Of a DNA stretch of 64,000 bases, positions 59,890-64,000 are shown in pieces (positions within the stretch are counted from its first letter, which is position 1; each line of letters starts with the position of its first letter). The stretch comes from Myxococcota bacterium. GTDB taxonomy: Bacteria > Myxococcota > B64-G9. Under the pieces are notes generated by a model that had not been told where the DNA came from, ran no database searches, and saw only the letters and a list, made by a program, of their open reading frames with translations. Made by a program: the position numbers and the translations under genes. The DNA is taken from NCBI GenBank assembly GCA_035453905.1, contig DAOTDZ010000014.1, positions 150,452 to 214,451 of the forward strand, in the 5' to 3' direction.

Positions 59890-62800
59890 TCAGCTGCAGT
59901 AGCCGTACTCCCAGGTGTTGTAGTATTCCCAGCAGCCGTACACGTACGAGTAGCACTCCGTGCCGCAGACGTACTGGCCGGAGCTCGTGTCGCACTCGCA
60001 GATCTGGTCGTAGTCGCAGTCCGCCAGGCCAGCGGGGCACTGGCACACCCCGCCCACGCAGATCTGGTTGTAGGAGCACAGCGGGCTGCCGGTGCAGCCG
60101 CCCACGGAGCAGTGGTCGCTTATCGTGCAGGCGTCGCCGTCGTCGCAGGGGGAGGCGTTGGGGGGGTTGGCGCAGCCGCCGCCGGCCGGCCAGCACTCGT
60201 CGTCGGTGCAGGGGTTGCCGTCGTCGCAGCTCAGCTTCGAGCCGCTCTGGCAGCAGGCCTCGCCCGCGGCGCCGTTGCAGGTGTCGCCCGCGGTGCAGGC
60301 GTCGCCGTCGGAGCAGGCGGCGGTGCTGGGCACGTAGCTGCAGCCCGAGCCGTCGTTGCAGTAGTCGTCCGAGCAGGGGTTGCCGTCGTCGCAGCTCGCG
60401 AGCAGGGCGCCGCCGCTGCAGGAGGTGCCCTGGCAGGTCTGCGCGTACCAGGCCAGACCGCTGCAGTAGGTCGAGCCGCACGGGAGGCCGTCGCCCGCCG
60501 CCGGGTAGCTGCAGCCGGCGCCCCCGTCGCAGCTGTCCGCGGTGCAGGGGTTGGGGTCGCCGCAGACCTGGATGATCTCGCTCCCGCCGCACTGCCCGCT
60601 CTGGCAGGTCTGGCGGCGCCACTCCAGCCCGCTGCAGGAGCGCGCTCCGCACTCCATCCCGTCGCTCACCGGGGGATGGACACAGCCTGAGCCCGGGTCG
60701 CACACGTCGCTGGTGCAGGGGTTCCAGTCCTCGCAGTCCGGCGCCACGCCGGCGACGCAGCTCGGGCTCTCGCACCGCTCCGGCCCGTTGCAGGCGTTGC
60801 CGTCGTCGCATTGCCAGTCCGAGGTGCAGGACTGGCAGACGGTGTCCGCACCATCGACGGCCCCGTCGCAGTCGTTGTCCAGCCCGTCCGCGCAGGTGGC
60901 CGAGCCCAGCGGTCCCTCGGTCGCTCCCGGGTGGATGGTGTTGTTCTGGTCATCGCAGTCCTGGCCGCAGGGCGGCGGGGCGTGGCCGTCGGAGTCGGCG
61001 TCGATGGCCTGGCCGGCGCAGGTCCCGCCGGCGCAGGCGTCGCCGCTGGTGCAGGCGTCGAGGTCGTCGCACGGCGCCGTGTTGTGGCTGTGCGTGCAGC
61101 CGTTCGCGTCGCAGCCGTCGTCGGTGCAGGGATCGCCGTCGTCGCAGGCGCTCGCATCCGGGCTGAAGACGCAGCCCGCGCCCTGGTCGCAGGTGTCGAG
61201 GGTGCAGGGGTCGCCGTCGTCGCAGGTCCGCGGCGTGCCCTGGCAGCTCGCGCCGACGCAGGTGTCGCCCTCGGTGCAGGCGTTGCCGTCGTCGCAGCCC
61301 CCGCCGGTGGAGACGTGGGAGCAGCCCTGCTGGGGATCGCAGAGATCGTCGGTGCAGGGGTTGCCGTCGTCGCAGCGCTCCAGGCACGAGCGGCAGGCCT
61401 GCGGGGAGCCCAGCGCGGTTTCGCAGCCCGGGCTGGCGTCGCAGTCGCCCTAGCCGGGCTCGCAGGCGCAGGCGCTGAGCTGGCAGGTCGCGCGCGAGCC
61501 GCAGACCCGCTCGCAGGAGCCGCAGTGCTGCGGGTCGTTGCTCAGATCGACGCAGGCGGTGCCGCAGCAGAAGCTGGCCTGGGTCCCGGGGCAGTCCGGC
61601 CCCGTGCCGCCGCAGGCGCAGGTCGCTCCGGTGCAGAGCTCGCCGCTGTCGCAGGTGGTGCCGTTGCAGGCCTGGCCGTTGCAGAGGCCGCCCTCGCAGC
61701 CGTAGGGGCAGTCCTCGGGGACCTCCGTGTACTGGCAGACGCCGTCCGCGCACTGGCCGGGGACCTCGAAGCGGACGCGCGCGTCGCCGCGGCACTCGGC
61801 CGGCGGCGGCTGGTCGCAGCCCTGGAGCTGTCCGTGGCACTCCTCGGCCTGGCAGACATCGCCCTGGGTGCAGGCGTCCCCGTCCGTGCAATCCTGGCCC
61901 CCGGGCGCCCAGGCGGGCTGCAGCGCGGCCGGATCGAACAGGCAGCGGAAGGTGCCCCAGGCGCACTGACGCGCCTGGCACTGGAGGGCCTCGGTGCAGA
62001 TTTCACGCGGGCAGCACAGGCCATCCTCGCAGCGCTGCCAGTCCGCGCACTCCACACCCACGCAGAGCCTGGGCGCGCACACCCCCCCGGCGCACACCTC
62101 GCCCGCGCCGCAGGGCGTCGCCCCGCAGGCCAGCGGGTAGCAGGCGCCGGCCGCGCACTCCTCGCCCGAGGCGCAGGTCACCTGGGCGCACGAACGCGGG
62201 ACGCAGGCGCCCTCGAAACAGACCTCGAGGCCTTCGACGCAGTCCAGCTCCGGGCAGTCCGCCTCCAGGCACCAGCCGTTGGCGCATTCGAGGGCGCCGC
62301 AGTCGACCTGGCCGCAGCTGCGCTGGACGCAGGCGCCGTCCACGCAGATCTCGTCGTGGCCGCTGCAGAGCTCCTCGGTGCACTCGCTCGGGTAGCAGCG
62401 ACCGCCGCTGCAGACCTGGCCGGTCGGGCAGACCACCTCAGCGCACGAGCGATCGCGGCACTCGTCCTCGATGCACACCTCGCCGTAGCCGGCGCACAGC
62501 CTGGTGGGGCAGTCCCTGGGGTAGCACCTGCCCGCGGCGCAGACCTGGCCGGTCGGGCACTGGACCGCGAGGCAGGAGGCCGGGGTGCAATCCTCCTGCA
62601 CGCACACCTCGCCCAGCCCGGGGCAGTTGCGCCAGTCGCAGGCCGACGGGTAGCAGTGCCCGTTGGCGCAGCCCTCGCCCGGGGGGCACTCCACCCACAG
62701 GCAGGCCACCTCCTGGCAGGTCTCTCCGAGGCAGACGTGGCCGGGCGGGCAGCTCCGATCCGTGCAGCTCGTGGGCAGGCACTCGCCCCGGACCACGATC

Positions 62801-62895
62801 CCGTCCGGGCAGCTCCCGATCTCGCCGGAGTCGCAGCCGGCCGGACCCAGCACCAGGGACAGGCACGCGACCGCGAGCATGACGCGCAGTGCCAT
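59890..62895 (-). CDS. Very large Cys-rich lipoprotein (about 1000 codons) in a single open frame except for one in-frame TAG at 61450..61452. Contains CDDGNPCT repeats, a MopE-like DNDCDG motif and a C-terminal Tyr/Cys-rich tail.
   Basis: Start MALRVMLAVACLSLVLGPAGC has AGGAG with a 7-nt spacer and a lipobox. Track ORFs 61450..62916 and 59890..60747 are in the same frame. Manual translation of 60748..61449 is fully open, Cys-rich and has no start-like codon. Confidence 0.6.
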
Positions 62896-63017
62896 CGCTC
62901 CGCTCCTCGTCTGCATGACGACGGGGTCATTCTAGCCCAGATCGGCGGAATCCGCGATGCGAGGGCAGGAGCCAGGCCCGGAGCCAGGCCCGGCGGCGGT
63001 CCCGGGCGAACCGCGCC

Positions 63018-64000
63018 TCAGTAGTAGCAGGTGATGTAGCCGCTGCAGCCCGGGTAGTAGTACTCGTCGTAGCAGCAGTAGTAGTAGTTCGTGTCGCACT
63101 CGCAGATCTGGTCGTAGTCGCAGTCCTCGAGGCCGGCCGGGCACTGGCACACCCCGCCCACGCAGATCTGGTTGTAGGAGCACAGCGGGCTGCCGGTGCA
63201 GTTGCCCCCGGAGCAGTAGTCGCCGGTGGTGCAAGGGTCGCCGTCGTCGCACGGACCGGGCTTGGCGGGGTAGGCGCAGCCGGTGGCCGGGTAGCAGTCG
63301 TCGTAGGTGCAGATGTTCCCGTCGTTGCAGGGCGGCGTCACGTTGGGGTCGAACTGCGGGTGGCAGCAGGCCTCGCCCTGGGCGCCATTGCAGTAGTCGT
63401 TGGCCCCGGTGCAGGCGTCGCCGTCGGAACAGGGGTTGGTGTTGGGCACGTAGCTGCAGCCCGAGCCGCCGTTGCAGTAGTCGGTGGAGCACACGTTGGC
63501 GTCGTTGCAGTTCTGGATGAGCGCGCTCGACGAGCAGGCGCCCGACGTGCAGGTCTGGCGGCGCCACTCCAGGCCGCTGCAGTAGCGCGAGCCGCACTCG
63601 GTGCCGTTGGCGACGTTCGCGTTCGTGCAGCCGCTGGCGGCCGCGCAGGAGTCGTTGGTGCACTGCTGGCTGTCGTTACAGTTCTGGATGAGCGCGCTCG
63701 ACGAGCAGGCGCCCGACGTGCAGGTCTGGCGGCGCCACTCCAGGCCGCTGCAGTAGCGCGAGCCGCACTCGGTGCCGTTGGCGACGTTCGCGTTCGTGCA
63801 GCCGCTGGCGGCCGCGCAGGAGTCGCTGGTGCACTCGATGCCGTCGTTGCAGTTCTGCAGCCCCATGTCGCCGGAGCAGGTGCCGCTCTGGCAGGTGTGG
63901 GCGTACCACGCCAGGCCGATGCAGTAGCGCGCGCCGCACTCGGTACCGTTGGCGACGTTCGCGTTCGTGCAGCCGCTGGCGGCCGCGCAGGAGTCGTTGG
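63018..64000 (-). CDS. Cys-rich secreted protein, paralog of the 59890 gene's C-terminal region. Partial: the 5' end lies beyond the window. Contains 168-bp near-identical tandem repeats.
   Basis: Frame open to the window edge. Shared C-terminal block SPLCSYNQICVGGVCQCPAGL(A/E)DCDYDQICECDT and a Y/C-rich tail. Confidence 0.7.
   Translation of the reverse strand, partial: NDSCAAASGCTNANVANGTECGARYCIGLAWYAHTCQSGTCSGDMGLQNCNDGIECTSDSCAAASGCTNANVANGTECGSRYCSGLEWRRQTCTSGACSSSALIQNCNDSQQCTNDSCAAASGCTNANVANGTECGSRYCSGLEWRRQTCTSGACSSSALIQNCNDANVCSTDYCNGGSGCSYVPNTNPCSDGDACTGANDYCNGAQGEACCHPQFDPNVTPPCNDGNICTYDDCYPATGCAYPAKPGPCDDGDPCTTGDYCSGGNCTGSPLCSYNQICVGGVCQCPAGLEDCDYDQICECDTNYYYCCYDEYYYPGCSGYITCYY
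63508..63843 (-). repeat. Two near-identical 168-bp tandem repeat units inside a Cys-rich coding region (a third diverged unit continues to the window edge)
   Basis: The unit starting gttgcagttctggatgagcgcgctcgacgagcaggcgcccgacgtgcaggtctggcggcgcc... recurs with a 168-bp period. Confidence 0.7.

Overview
This is a high-GC (about 70%) bacterial chromosomal segment whose gene content points to a myxobacterium (Myxococcota). It carries MYXO-CTERM sorting tails, MopE-like DNDCDG motifs, many Cys-rich secreted lipoproteins, sigma-54-like promoters and an FHA-GGDEF protein. The housekeeping core is recA, the mreB-mreC-mreD-mrdA-rodA cell-shape operon, trxA, speA, comM/yifB, an Hsp70 and a PpiD/SurA-like chaperone. 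Most of the rest is accessory: at least eight very large Cys-rich repeat proteins, including tandem paralogs and internal near-identical DNA tandem repeats; low-GC (about 52%) patches of lipoprotein genes; two families of short repeated intergenic elements; and a recurring AGGTGCCAGCC motif shortly after stop codons. The most unusual content is one co-directional gene string on the minus strand (53268 to 46812, gaps of 77 nt or less). It encodes a bacterial major vault protein (MVP) homolog, then a thermolysin-like HExxH metalloprotease, then a biotinyl-domain protein, then a complete poly-gamma-glutamate synthesis set (pgsB, pgsC, and a PgsA-replacing accessory protein). About 30 kb away is a large secreted protein with FecR, VIT, vWA and TPR domains, the same VIT-vWA pair found in the eukaryotic vault component VPARP. 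Two large secreted or lipoprotein genes are each interrupted by a single in-frame TAG in the same local context (GGY-TAG-GGY). I found no rRNA, tRNA or CRISPR. All calls come from reading the sequence and the ORF track. Family assignments are from motif recall, not database searches.
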